Shown one piece after another: positions 1 to 12,505 of a stretch of 54,969 nucleotides of DNA. Source of the stretch: Nemertoderma westbladi (lineage: Eukaryota > Animalia > Xenacoelomorpha); contig JAUCBJ010006321.1 of assembly GCA_032718475.1 (NCBI GenBank), forward strand, positions 1 through 54,969, given 5' to 3'. Made by a program: the position numbers and the translations under genes. The stretch's first letter is position 1. The number at the start of each line of letters is the position of its first letter. Under the pieces are notes generated by a model. The model ran no database searches. It saw nothing but the letters and a program-made list of their open reading frames with translations, and was not told where the DNA came from.

Positions 1-3000
1 CCACATTCAGTATACGTACTTATAGTGGCCACATTCAGTATACGTACTTATAGTGGCCACATTCAGTATACGTACTTATAGTGGCCACATTCAGTATACG
101 TACTTATAGTGGCCACATTCAGTATACGTACTTATAGTGGCCACATTCAGTATACCTACTTATAGTGGCCACATTCAGTATACGTACTTATAGTGGCCAC
201 ATTCAGTATACCTACTTATAGTGGTACACATTCAGTATACGTACTTATAGTGGCCACATTCAGTATACGTACTTATAGTGGCCACATTCAGTATACGTAC
301 TTATAGTGGCCACATTCAGTATACGTACTTATAGTGGCCACATTCAGTATACGTACTTATAGTGGTACACATTCAGTATACGTACTTATAGTGGCCACAT
401 TCAGTATACGTACTTATAGTGGCCACATTCAGTATACGTACTTATAGTGGCCACATTCAGTATACGTACTTATAGTGGTACACATTCAGTATACGTACTT
501 ATAGTGGTACACATTCAGTATACGTACTTATAGTGGTACACATTCAGTATACGTACTTATAGTGGTACACATTCAGTATACGTACTTATAGTGGCCACAT
601 TCAGTATACGTACTTATAGTGGCCACATTCAGTATACGTACTTATAGTGGCCACATTCAGTATACGTACTTATAGTGGTACACATTCAGTATACGTACTT
701 ATAGTGGTACACATTCAGTATACGTACTTATAGTGGTACACATTCAGTATACGTACTTATAGTGGCCACATTCAGTATACGTACTTATAGTGGCCACATT
801 CAGTATACCTACTTATAGTGGTACACATTCAGTATACGTACTTATAGTGGCCACATTCAGTATACGTACTTATAGTGGCCACATTCAGTATACGTACTTA
901 TAGTGGCCACATTCAGTATACGTACTTATAGTGGTACACATTCAGTATACGTACTTATAGTGGTACACATTCAGTATACGTACTTATAGTGGCCACATTC
1001 AGTATACGTACTTATAGTGGCCACATTCAGTATACCTACTTATAGTGGTACACATTCAGTATACGTACTTATAGTGGTACACATTCAGTATACGTACTTA
1101 TAGTGGCCACATTCAGTATACCTACTTATAGTGGTACACATTCAGTATACGTACTTATAGTGGCCACATTCAGTATACGTACTTATAGTGGCCACATTCA
1201 GTATACGTACTTATAGTGGCCACATTCAGTATACGTACTTATAGTGGTACACATTCAGTATACGTACTTATAGTGGTACACATTCAGTATACGTACTTAT
1301 AGTGGCCACATTCAGTATACGTACTTATAGTGGCCACATTCAGTATACCTACTTATAGTGGTACACATTCAGTATACGTACTTATAGTGGTACACATTCA
1401 GTATACGTACTTATAGTGGCCACATTCAGTATACGTACTTATAGTGGTACACATTCAGTATACCTACTTATAGTGGTACACATTCAGTATACCTACTTAT
1501 AGTGGTACACATTCAGTATACGTACTTATAGTGGCCACATTCAGTATACGTACTTATAGTGGCCACATTCAGTATACGTACTTATAGTGGCCACATTCAG
1601 TATACGTACTTATAGTGGTACACATTCAGTATACGTACTTATAGTGGTACACATTCAGTATACGTACTTATAGTGGCCACATTCAGTATTCGTACTTATA
1701 GTGGCCACATTGAGTATACCTACTTATAGTGGTACACATTCAGTATACGTACTTATAGTGGTACACATTCAGTATACGTACTTATAGTGGCCACATTCAG
1801 TATACGTACTTATAGTGGCCACATTCAGTATACGTACTTATAGTGGTACACATTCAGTATACGTACTTATAGTGGTACACATTCAGTATACGTACTTATA
1901 GTGGCCACATTCAGTATACGTACTTATAGTGGCCACATTCAGTATACGTACTTATAGTGGCCACATTCAGTATACGTACTTATAGTGGCCACATTCAGTA
2001 TACCTACTTATAGTGGCCACATTCAGTATACGTACTTATAGTGGCCACATTCAGTATACAGACTTATAGTGGCCACATTCAGTATACGTACTTATAGTGG
2101 TACACATTCAGTATACGTACTTATAGTGGCCACATTCAGTATACGTACTTATAGTGGCCACATTCAGTATACGTACTTATAGTGGCCACATTCAGTATAC
2201 GTACTTATAGTGGCCACATTCAGTATACCTACTTATAGTGGCCACATTCAGTATACGTACTTATAGTGGCCACATTCAGTATACAGACTTATAGTGGCCA
2301 CATTCAGTATACGTACTTATAGTGGTACACATTCAGTATACCTACTTATAGTGGTACACATTCAGTATACGTACTTATAGTGGCCACATTCAGTATACGT
2401 ACTTATAGTGGCCACATTCAGTATACGTACTTATAGTGGCCACATTCAGTATACGTACTTATAGTGGCCACATTCAGTATACCTACTTATAGTGGCCACA
2501 TTCAGTATACGTACTTATAGTGGCCACATTCAGTATACAGACTTATAGTGGCCACATTCAGTATACGTACTTATAGTGGTACACATTCAGTATACGTACT
2601 TATAGTGGCCACATTCAGTATACGTACTTATAGTGGCCACATTCAGTATACGTACTTATAGTGGCCACATTCAGTATACGTACTTATAGTGGCCACATTC
2701 AGTATACCTACTTATAGTGGCCACATTCAGTATACGTACTTATAGTGGCCACATTCAGTATACAGACTTATAGTGGCCACATTCAGTATACGTACTTATA
2801 GTGGTACACATTCAGTATACGTACTTATAGTGGCCACATTCAGTATACGTACTTATAGTGGCCACATTCAGTATACGTACTTATAGTGGCCACATTCAGT
2901 ATACGTACTTATAGTGGCCACATTCAGTATACCTACTTATAGTGGCCACATTCAGTATACGTACTTATAGTGGCCACATTCAGTATACAGACTTATAGTG

Positions 3001-5467
3001 GCCACATTCAGTATACGTACTTATAGTGGCCACATTCAGTATACAGACTTATAGTGGCCACATTCAGTATACGTACTTATAGTGGTACACATTCAGTATA
3101 CGTACTTATAGTGGCCACATTCAGTATACGTACTTATAGTGGCCACATTCAGTATACGTACTTATAGTGGCCACATTCAGTATACGTACTTATAGTGGCC
3201 ACATTCAGTATACCTACTTATAGTGGCCACATTCAGTATACGTACTTATAGTGGCCACATTCAGTATACAGACTTATAGTGGCCACATTCAGTATACGTA
3301 CTTATAGTGGCCACATTCAGTATACCTACTTATAGTGGCCACATTCAGTATACGTACTTATAGTGGCCACATTCAGTATACAGACTTATAGTGGCCACAT
3401 TCAGTATACGTACTTATAGTGGTACACATTCAGTATACGTACTTATAGTGGCCACATTCAGTATACGTACTTATAGTGGCCACATTCAGTATACGTACTT
3501 ATAGTGGCCACATTCAGTATACGTACTTATAGTGGCCACATTCAGTATACCTACTTATAGTGGCCACATTCAGTATACGTACTTATAGTGGCCACATTCA
3601 GTATACAGACTTATAGTGGCCACATTCAGTATACGTACTTATAGTGGTACACATTCAGTATACGTACTTATAGTGGCCACATTCAGTATACGTACTTATA
3701 GTGGCCACATTCAGTATACGTACTTATAGTGGTACACATTCAGTATACGTACTTATAGTGGCCACATTCAGTATACGTACTTATAGTGGCCACATTCAGT
3801 ATACGTACTTATAGTGGCCACATTCAGTATACGTACTTATAGTGGCCACATTCAGTATACGTACTTATAGTGGCCACATTCAGTATACGTACTTATAGTG
3901 GCCACATTCAGTATACGTACTTATAGTGGCCACATTCAGTATACGTACTTATAGTGGTACACATTCAGTATACGTACTTATAGTGGCCACATTCAGTATA
4001 CGTACTTATAGTGGCCACATTCAGTATACGTACTTATAGTGGCCACATTCAGTATACGTACTTATAGTGGCCACATTCAGTATACCTACTTATAGTGGCC
4101 ACATTCAGTATACGTACTTATAGTGGCCACATTCAGTATACAGACTTATAGTGGCCACATTCAGTATACGTACTTATAGTGGTACACATTCAGTATACCT
4201 ACTTATAGTGGCCACATTCAGTATACAGACTTATAGTGGCCACATTCAGTATACGTACTTATAGTGGTACACATTCAGTATACGTACTTATAGTGGTACA
4301 CATTCAGTATACGTACTTATAGTGGTACACATTCAGTATACGTACTTATAGTGGTACACATTCAGTATACCTACTTATAGTGGTACACATTCAGTATACC
4401 TACTTATAGTGGCCACATTCAGTATACGTACTTATAGTGGCCACATTCAGTATACGTACTTATAGTGGCCACATTCAGTATACGTACTTATAGTGGCCAC
4501 ATTCAGTATACGTACTTATAGTGGTACACATTCAGTATACGTACTTATAGTGGCCACATTCAGTATACGTACTTATAGTGGTACACATTCAGTATACGTA
4601 CTTATAGTGGTACACATTCAGTATACGTACTTATAGTGGTACACATTCAGTATACCTACTTATAGTGGTACACATTCAGTATACCTACTTATAGTGGCCA
4701 CATTCAGTATACGTACTTATAGTGGCCACATTCAGTATACGTACTTATAGTGGCCACATTCAGTATACGTACTTATAGTGGCCACATTCAGTATACGTAC
4801 TTATAGTGGTACACATTCAGTATACGTACTTATAGTGGCCACATTCAGTATACCTACTTATAGTGGTACACATTCAGTATACCTACTTATAGTGGTACAC
4901 ATTCAGTATACCTACTTATAGTGGTACACATTCAGTATACCTACTTATAGTGGCCACATTCAGTATACGTACTTATAGTGGCCACATTCAGTATACGTAC
5001 TTATAGTGGCCACATTCAGTATACGTACTTATAGTGGCCACATTCAGTATACGTACTTATAGTGGTACACATTCAGTATACGTACTTATAGTGGCCACAT
5101 TCAGTATACCTACTTATAGTGGTACACATTCAGTATACCTACTTATAGTGGCCACATTCAGTATACGTACTTATAGTGGCCACATTCAGTATACCTACTT
5201 ATAGTGGTACACATTCAGTATACGTACTTATAGTGGCCACATTCAGTATACGTACTTATAGTGGCCACATTCAGTATACGTACTTATAGTGGCCACAAGT
5301 GTTTGTCACATTCAGTATACCTACTTATAGTGGCCACATTCAGTATACGTACTTATAGTGGCCACATTCAGTATACGTACTTATAGTGGCCACATTCAGT
5401 ATACGTACTTATAGTGGCCACAAGTGTTTGTCACATTCAGTATACCTACTTATAGTGGCCACATTCA
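1..5467. repeat. 28/29-bp satellite array (CCACATTCAGTATACGTACTTATAGTGG), roughly 190 copies, truncated by window start
   Basis: Direct tandem repetition. Recurrent variants: GG-TAC-ACA (+1 bp), TATACCTAC and TATACAGAC. The array decays at ~5290-5467. Confidence 0.98.
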
Positions 5468-5544
5468 CCACAAGTGAACAGGGATTACGTTTTTAATTGG
5501 TGGAGAAAAATAATTGAAATGGTGTAGAAACATTGGTGCTGCAG

Positions 5545-5552
5545 ATATACTG

Positions 5553-5583
<31 letters not shown>

Positions 5584-5592
5584 CTGTATATA
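5545..5592. repeat. Imperfect (TA)n microsatellite
   Basis: ATATAT run with two ACTGT interruptions. Confidence 0.8.
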
Positions 5593-5796
5593 TGGTGTAG
5601 AATAATTTTAGGTGTGCTTAATTTTTTGAATTTTATTCGAGTGTATTTATATATTTCGTTTTTAGTTTTTACTGCGCTAAATTTTATTTAATAATTTTCC
5701 GAGTGGTATTGCACGGAAGGTGCACAGTTTTGGCACAGGGGTATGCAGCTACTGCTACTGGTTGTGCACCGTACCATACTGTACTGTACTGTTCTC

Positions 5797-5985
5797 TCAT
5801 ATAGTTTCACATATTGTTTTCATCTCAGAACATTTCTTCCGCGAGAACAAGAACATCCTGCAGAATGCAGCGCGAAAATCACCATTGAAAGCCATGTAAA
5901 TAATGAAATTAACACTGTGGTTCCAAATCACAAGAACATGAGCAAATATCCACCAAAACTTAGAATTAAGAGGGGATGACCAGTT
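5797..5985 (-). CDS. Class A GPCR, coding exon 6 (TM7, helix 8, stop)
   Basis: ttttttttcag acceptor, phase 0. Reads NWSSPLNSKFWWIFAHVLVIWNHSVNFIIYMAFNGDFRAAFCRMFLFSRKKCSEMKTICETI*. NxxxNFxxY plus FR helix-8 motif. Confidence 0.9.
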   Translation of the reverse strand, partial: NWSSPLNSKFWWIFAHVLVIWNHSVNFIIYMAFNGDFRAAFCRMFLFSRKKCSEMKTICETI

Positions 5986-6100
5986 CTGAAAAAAAAGTCA
6001 CCGAATTAAAAAACATTAAAACATATAAATTATATATATTTATGAAAAATTAGTTTTAAAAAAATTAAATAATTAATAACGAATTGAATAATTTAACTAA

Positions 6101-7680
6101 GGGGGACGTTCATAAAGTACAGTATATGTCACTCACGCAAATTTTCCAGTTTTCCATTTTTCGGCTAATTGTTTTTCAATACAGGTTTTCTGGGGTGCAA
6201 AATACATTGGAAAATATTTAAAAATGATATGATTACTATAAATGGCTGTTTAGTCCTCTCTGCGTAGGAAAAAAATGAAAAAAAACAAGTAACCACCACT
6301 TTTCAGTTAGAACACAACATTTTCATTCACTTATACGATGCTATAAATTCACATTTTCCGGTTTTCTATGGCGCTGATTCTAATGGAATACATTTCTAAT
6401 ATGCCAGATCATTCCTACTTGTATTTTTCGGCGTAGTTTGTCAAATTTTGGTGCTAGCACCAAATTTCGTACCCATCACCAAAAAGTACAAGTTTGCGAT
6501 GTTAAGTGTTGTTTTTATTGATTCCATCAGATTCAGGACCCTCATAAACCCGTATAACGCAAGAAACAAGATGATACTATCTACTGATCAATTTGCTTAT
6601 TTTCCAAAATTTGGTACTGGCGCAACAATTTTCACCCACCGGCGAAAAATAAAAGTTTGAAAACTCTTATGAAATTTTTACTGATTCCATTGAATTCAGA
6701 ACCCTCACAAATCCGTAAAACGCAAGAAACATGGTGACACAATCAATTGATATATTTGATGGTTTTCAAAATTTGGTGCTAGCACCAAATTTTGCACCAA
6801 CTTCCGAAAAATATAAGTTTGAGATGTCTAGTTCGATAATTATATATTCCATTGAATTCAGAACAGCCATAAACCTCTAAAACGCAAGAAATAAATTGTC
6901 ACAAGAAATTTTATCTATTGAAAGGATTTTTAAAATTTCGTGCTAGCACCAAAATTTGCACACAGCACCGAAAAATACAAGTTTGATACGCTTGGTGCAA
7001 CTCGTGTATATTTCATCGAAACCAGAACCCCAAAAAACCCCAATTGCGTAAAAAACAAGTTTCAAACAAGCAATTTACAAAATTGACATATTTCAAAATT
7101 TGGTGCTGGCACCAAAATTTGGCACCCACCGAAAAAAACAAGTTTGAAATTTCTAAATCAATTTATATGAATTGCATCCAATTGCTAACACCAAAAAACC
7201 GGTGTAAATCAAAAATAGAGAAGAGATGTTACAATTCATATTTAATGAAATAACAACAGTTTAACTGTGAACAACAGTGTAATTTTCAAAATTTTCAAAA
7301 AACGTCTCAAAAAAAGTGCCAAAAGTAGGGTTAAAAAATGGTGCTATAACTCGAAAACTACCCAATATTTTTGAAAACGGTTTTTACTACTAGGAAGACA
7401 GTTGATTTTTAGGAAAAGTCATAAAATTTCAGATTCCCAACTGCATTTGATTCAGAATTATAATAAAAAAACTACGGGGAGGATCATATTGACCCCCCCC
7501 CCCCCCCCCCCGGGTTTAATAGGGTTAATGTCAGGGATTAAATTCAATATTATTGAGTTTATTGTTTTTTCTTAAAGTTTCCCACTCATCTACAAATGTG
7601 TTAGTCAAAGTCAAGTTAACATTAAAGCATATCGTAGAACATCGCCGTGACCGTCACAAAAGTACTTTATGAACGCCCCC
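6101..7680. mobile_element. Non-autonomous TIR element, PIF/Harbinger-like (TAA target duplication)
   Basis: Left GGGGGACGTTCATAAAGTAC versus right reverse complement GGGGGCGTTCATAAAGTAC. TAA immediately flanks both ends (6098-6100, 7681-7683). Confidence 0.75.
6430..7528. repeat. Nested element fragment: ~5 diverged ~165-bp units, each with palindrome TTTGGTGCTAGCACCAAA, ending in AGGG-TTAA (piggyBac-like terminus)
   Basis: Palindrome copies near 6448, 6611, 6772, 6939 and 7100. Terminal GGGTTTAATAGGG|TTAA at 7512-7528. Confidence 0.6.
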
Positions 7681-8108
7681 TAAGTGAATATAATCCATTT
7701 AGTGCCCATGATGTAGCATACATCATTAAATGCAGCATAATTCATTAAATAGCATACTTCATTATGGAACATAATTCCTTACTAAATGTACTGTAGTATG
7801 TGTCATTAAATCTAGAATACTTACAGTAATTTATCATCTACATTTTTTAAATAAATTGTTGCATATACAGTACGTTCAATCGCTTAGGTTATGCATGCAT
7901 TATTATTTGTATTTAATTAATAATCTGTGACAAATAGTAAATATAATTATAATACTTTATTTTTACATCCCTACTAAACAATATTAAATTATGTGCCATA
8001 AAAAATAAACTCGAATACAAAGGTTATCAAAAAATTGTAGGCCTACCAGGAAAATTTCAATGCCCGCCAATTGTATCTAACAAAGAGATTAACAAAATAA
8101 TAACAAAC

Positions 8109-8237
8109 CGCAGAGGCTACATTTCCTGCCAATAGTAATGTTGGAGTTAATAAAACAATGTATGTAGCTGTAACTGTAATTAATGTCACGTTGATTATTC
8201 GGTATTGTCTTCTTTTCTTCTTGTCAGCTCCTGAAAA
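8109..8237 (-). CDS. Class A GPCR, coding exon 5 (ICL3, TM6)
   Basis: Reads FSGADKKKRRQYRIINVTLITVTATYIVLLTPTLLLAGNVASA; donor GCG|gtttgt. The in-frame acceptor is tattag| at 8238. A second AG 7 nt downstream is out of frame, so the start is less certain. Confidence 0.8.
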
Positions 8238-8534
8238 CTAATATTTTTATTTATATAGATATTTAATGGAAAGCTTGATTTTTTGACCATATACTGGTAT
8301 CTGGTCCGCGGACCGAATATTTTATCGGGCAAAGGCTACTTTAGACTTTTCCCGATTGGCAGAGCCATTTAAAGGAGCAGGTTACAGAAACGTATTGGGG
8401 GAACCAAAACAATAAACATTGAATTACATTTAATTCTCTGTATTTGCAGTATTCCAGCATCCCAGTCCACGGACCACAATAAGATGGTGAGACAATAGGT
8501 AGTAAGATCAGTAGGAAATGCTGTTATGTTTTAC

Positions 8535-8685
8535 CTTTTTATACCGCTTTCCCAATATAAATAAAGTCACAGCCGTAGACAATGTAATCAACGTAAATGG
8601 TATGAACCGACAAAGGATTGTAATACTCCATCCATCTACATTTCGTAGAATATCTGCTATTGGTAGATCAATAACGCATTTGTGC
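8535..8685 (-). CDS. Class A GPCR, coding exon 4 (ECL2 Cys, TM5)
   Basis: ttcttatatag acceptor. Reads (G)HKCVIDLPIADILRNVDGWSITILCRFIPFTLITLSTAVTLFILGKRYKK; donor AAG|gtaaaa. Phase matches exon 3. Confidence 0.88.
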
Positions 8686-9468
8686 CTATATAAGAAAATA
8701 AAGAAGGTCTGTAAATCTACAGAGGTATTATAAATTTAATAGAGCTTTGTAAATATATTATACTGTATCACTAGTAGACCCTATTGTATGTAATTTTGCC
8801 TGTAAATAAATATATCACTTGGTGCTTTTCTCCCTCTCTAAATATTATACAAGGTGTTTGATAATAATAAATAATTAAAAAATAAGTTAGGTCTGACCAG
8901 GACAAGTCCGACCCATAAAAATTACTGAAATTTTGAAATTTCAGTAAACGTTCTTAATACTTAATTCGTACTTAATTAACATTACTTCGTTGGTATGGAT
9001 TTTCTGCAGTGTCTTACCAATGTACAGCTGTGAGTTGAGTTCTCTGCACCAGACAATGTAAATAACTAAACCGCATTTACAAGAATAATAAGGACGATTT
9101 ATCTTCTTCCCCCAGAGAGAGGTGGTTCACGCCTTGGCAAGGTTATTATTTCACGCAACACAGGGAATAATATGTTATACAGTATATTAATTAAGGCTTT
9201 TAAGATGAATTTTATCCAATATTCATATTTCTCTAATTAACAGTTTGCTGGTTAAAATCTAGTAAATTTAAAAATAAAATTAAAATATCCCTCTGTGGTC
9301 CGATCTGGGACCTCAATTGTTTGTGTTGTATTTATAGTAGGCCTATCCATGTTGGTATAAAGTTTCAGGTTCACTTTGTATAAGGAAGGGGCTTGTTAGT
9401 TAAAATTTGAAGGGTAATCTATCGCCTTACATTCCCTTAAAAAAATCCCTCAGACAGAACTAACTAAC

Positions 9469-9678
9469 CCACTCAGTGCTGATGTCATGTGCGACACTTC
9501 ACTGAAGTCATAAACAAGCTCTCCATTGAATTCTTCTTTTAGATCAATGAGTCTGGCACCAATCCTCCCTAGAATCCCGAGCATGAACCCAACAATATGA
9601 ATAACGATAAGACTGATGTTAATTCGGAACATCGAAAATAAGTTGTTGTGTGTTACTGGATTTGTAACAGCAACTAAC
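9469..9678 (-). CDS. Class A GPCR, coding exon 3 (ICL2, TM4, ECL2)
   Basis: tttttag acceptor. Reads (R)LVAVTNPVTHNNLFSMFRINISLIVIHIVGFMLGILGRIG...SALS(G); donor GG|gttagt. 210 nt, phase 2-2. Confidence 0.88.
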
Positions 9679-10299
9679 CTAAAAATTCATAATGAATATT
9701 AAACAAAATAGTTACATATTAAAATATTACTTATTGAACAACGAAATCAACAATTAATTCAGTACAACGTATCATAAATCCCTTCTGTAGCTGTATCAAA
9801 AGTTCCGAGAACAGATGCCGGGTTTCCGATGAGGATCGCAATTACGAGGCGTTGGAGCAGAAATTGGTGGGACTGGGGGGTTCCTTTGTGGCTGATCCGA
9901 TACGGGCACCGCGACATCGGAGGAAACTTTCTGTGGCCGGTTCCGGGCCACCAAATGTTTCATATGCGATTGGAGTAAATAGGTAATCCCGGACAACGAA
10001 ATCTTCACCTCCCTTAATCTTAAAACTTGGTTGTTTTCTCATTCATAGTTTTGTGTGAGAATTGATGTGTTTCGAATGGAGTAATTTCGAAGAGACTGTA
10101 GTTATGCCCTTGAGTTTCACAGAAGTGCTTATCTTTGACAGTGCTTCGTTTGTTGTTTGTGATTATTATTGATTTAGAGGTTGTAATACGTGATTTCATA
10201 GTGAACGTTGAACCAACTCCTTGCAATTTATAATCTTTACATTGGACTAAATAGAGCCTGCAATCTATTGGTTTTAGGTTCAGCCACGGCACGAGGTCC

Positions 10300-12277
10300 A
10301 CTGGGGGGTCGATAAAATGAGTACCAGTTACTGGGAGCTAGACAAGGAAAAGGAGTTGCGCCCACCCCTACCCACGGGTAGCAGATAGGAGTAGAGCCCA
10401 TCCCTACCATCGGGTAGCAGTTAGGAGTAGCGCCCACCCCTACCCTCGGGTAGCAGATAAGAGTAGCGCCCACCCCTACCCTCGTGTAGCAGATAGGAGT
10501 AGCGCCCACCCCTACCTTCGGGTAGCAGATAGGAGTAGCGCCCACCCCTACCTTCGGGTAGCAGATAGGAGTAGCGCCCACCCCTACCTTAGGGTAGCAG
10601 ATAGGAGTAGCGCCCACCCCTACCCTCGGGTAGCAGATAGGAGTAGCGCCCACCCCTACCTTCGGGTAGCAGATAAGAGTAGCGCCCACCCCTACCCTCG
10701 GGTAGCAAATAGGAGTAGCGCCCACCCCTACCTTCGGGTAGCAGATAGGAGTAGCGCCCACCCCTATCTTCGGGTAGCAGATAGGAGTAGCGCCCATCCC
10801 TACCTTCGGGTAGCAGATAGGAGTAGCGCCCACCCCTACCTTCGGGTAGCCGATAAGAGTAGCGCCCACCCCTACCCTCGGGTAGCAGATAGGAGTAGCG
10901 CCCATCCCTACCTTCGGGTAGCAGATAGGAGTAGCGCCCACCCCTACCTTCGGGTAGCAGATAAGAGTAGCGCCCATCCCTACCCTCGGGTAGCAGATAG
11001 GAGTAGCGCCAACCCCAATCTTCGGGTAGCAGATAGGAGTAGCGCCCATCCCTACCTTCGGGTAGCAGATAGGAGTAGCGCCCACCCCTACCTTCGGGTA
11101 GCAGATAAGAGTAGCGCCCATCCCTACCCTCGGGTAGCAGATAGGAGTAGCGCCCATCCCTATCTTCGGGTAGCAGATAGGAGTAGCGCCCATCCCTACC
11201 CTCGGGTAGCAGATAGGAGTAGCGCCCATCCCTACCATCGGGTAGCAGATAGGAGTAGCGCCCACCCCTATCTTCGGGTAGCAGATAGGAGTAGCGCCCA
11301 TCCCTACCTTCGGGTAGCAGATAGGAGTAGCGCCCACCCCTACCTTCGGGTAGCAGATAAGAGTAGCGCCCATCCCTACCCTCGGGTAGCAGATATGAGT
11401 AGCGCCCACCCCTATCTTCGGGTAGCAGATAGGATTAGCGCCCATCCCTACCTTCGGGTAGCAGATAGGAGTAGCGCCCACCCCTACCTTCGGGTAGCAG
11501 ATAGGAGTAGCGCCCACCCCTATCTTCGGGTAGCAGATAGGAGTAGCACCCATCCCTACCTTCGGGTAGCAGATAGGAGTAGCGCCCACCCCTACCTTCG
11601 GGTAGCAGATAAGAGTAGCGCCCACCCCTACCCTCGGGTAGCAGATAGGAGTAGCGCCCATCCCTACCTTCGGGTAGCAGATAACAGTAGCGCCCATCCC
11701 TACCCTCGGGTAGCAGATAGGAGTAGCGCCCACCCCTATCTTCGGGTAGCAGATAGGAGTAGCGCCCATCCCTACCTTCGGATAGCAGATAGGAGTAGCG
11801 CCCACCCCTACCTTCGGGTAGTAGATAAGAGTAGCGCCCATCCCTACCCTCGGATAGCAGATAGGAGTAGCGCCCACCCATATCTTCGGGTAGCAGATAG
11901 GAGTAGCGCCCATCCCTACCTTCGGGTAGCAGATAGGAGTAGCGCCCACCCCTACCTTCGGGTAGCAGATAGGAGTAGCGCCCACCCCTATCTTCGGGTA
12001 GCAGATAGGAGTAGCGCCCATCCCTACCTTCGGGTAGCAGATAGGAGTAGCGCCCACCCCTACCTTCGGGTAGCAGATAAGAGTAGCGCCCATCCCTACC
12101 TTCGGGTAGCAGATAAGAGTAGCGCCCACCCCTATCTTCGGGTAGCAGATAGGAGTAGCGCCCATCCCTACCTTCGGGTAGCAGATAGGAGTAGTGCCCA
12201 CCCCTGCCCTCGGTTAGAAGCTGTCGAAGGGGGGCCTTCGGGTCGCCTCGTCTTTGGTCGAATGTTTGCTTTGCTTG
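10300..12277 (+). mobile_element. Putative 5'-truncated SINE (Deu/Nin-domain-like core) with internal minisatellite expansion
   Basis: GGGGTCGATAAAATGAGTACCAG (10305-10327) resembles, from memory, the conserved Nin/Deu SINE domain. The 3' end has a GC hairpin and a short TTGCT tail. No tRNA-derived head was found. Confidence 0.45.
10351..12213. repeat. 36-bp minisatellite (GGGTAGCAGATAGGAGTAGCGCCCACCCCTACCTTC), ~51 copies
   Basis: Direct tandem repetition. It explains the 654/299/148-aa 12-residue-periodic ORFs in the track. Confidence 0.98.
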
Positions 12278-12316
12278 TACAGTATATTATTTGAATATAC
12301 GTCATTACCTACCTAC

Positions 12317-12505
12317 CTATCAAGGCTTATGAGAACCATAATCCAAGCACCAGTATAATACATAAATGTTAACCACGGCACAAACATTATGCAATAAAAC
12401 CATACGAATGAATACATATTTGGGTATCCATAGAATTCAACAAATTTACGGGACATTAAACAAAGTAATAGAGAAGTGTCGGAAATAGCCAAGACTATTA
12501 TACAC
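12317..12505 (-). CDS. Class A GPCR, coding exon 2 (TM2-TM3)
   Basis: ttgttttcag acceptor. Reads (R)CIIVLAISDTSLLLCLMSRKFVEFYGYPNMYSFVWFYCIMFVPWLTFMYYTGAWIMVLISLD(R), with LAxxD and DR motifs; donor AG|gtaggt. 189 nt. Confidence 0.92.

Noticed and set aside
1-5467. CRISPR-like 28-bp palindromic repeats
   Set aside because: Units are head-to-tail with no unique spacers, there are no cas genes, and the context is eukaryotic.
8428-8437. 10-nt micro-exon (cag|AGAATTAAAT|gt) to fix the GPCR exon 4-5 phase
   Set aside because: Joining it to the downstream ttttcag acceptor creates an in-frame TGA.
10237-12294. 654-aa, 299-aa and 148-aa repeat proteins
   Set aside because: They are by-products of a stop-free 36-bp minisatellite inside a GPCR intron, open on both strands, with no non-repeat domain.
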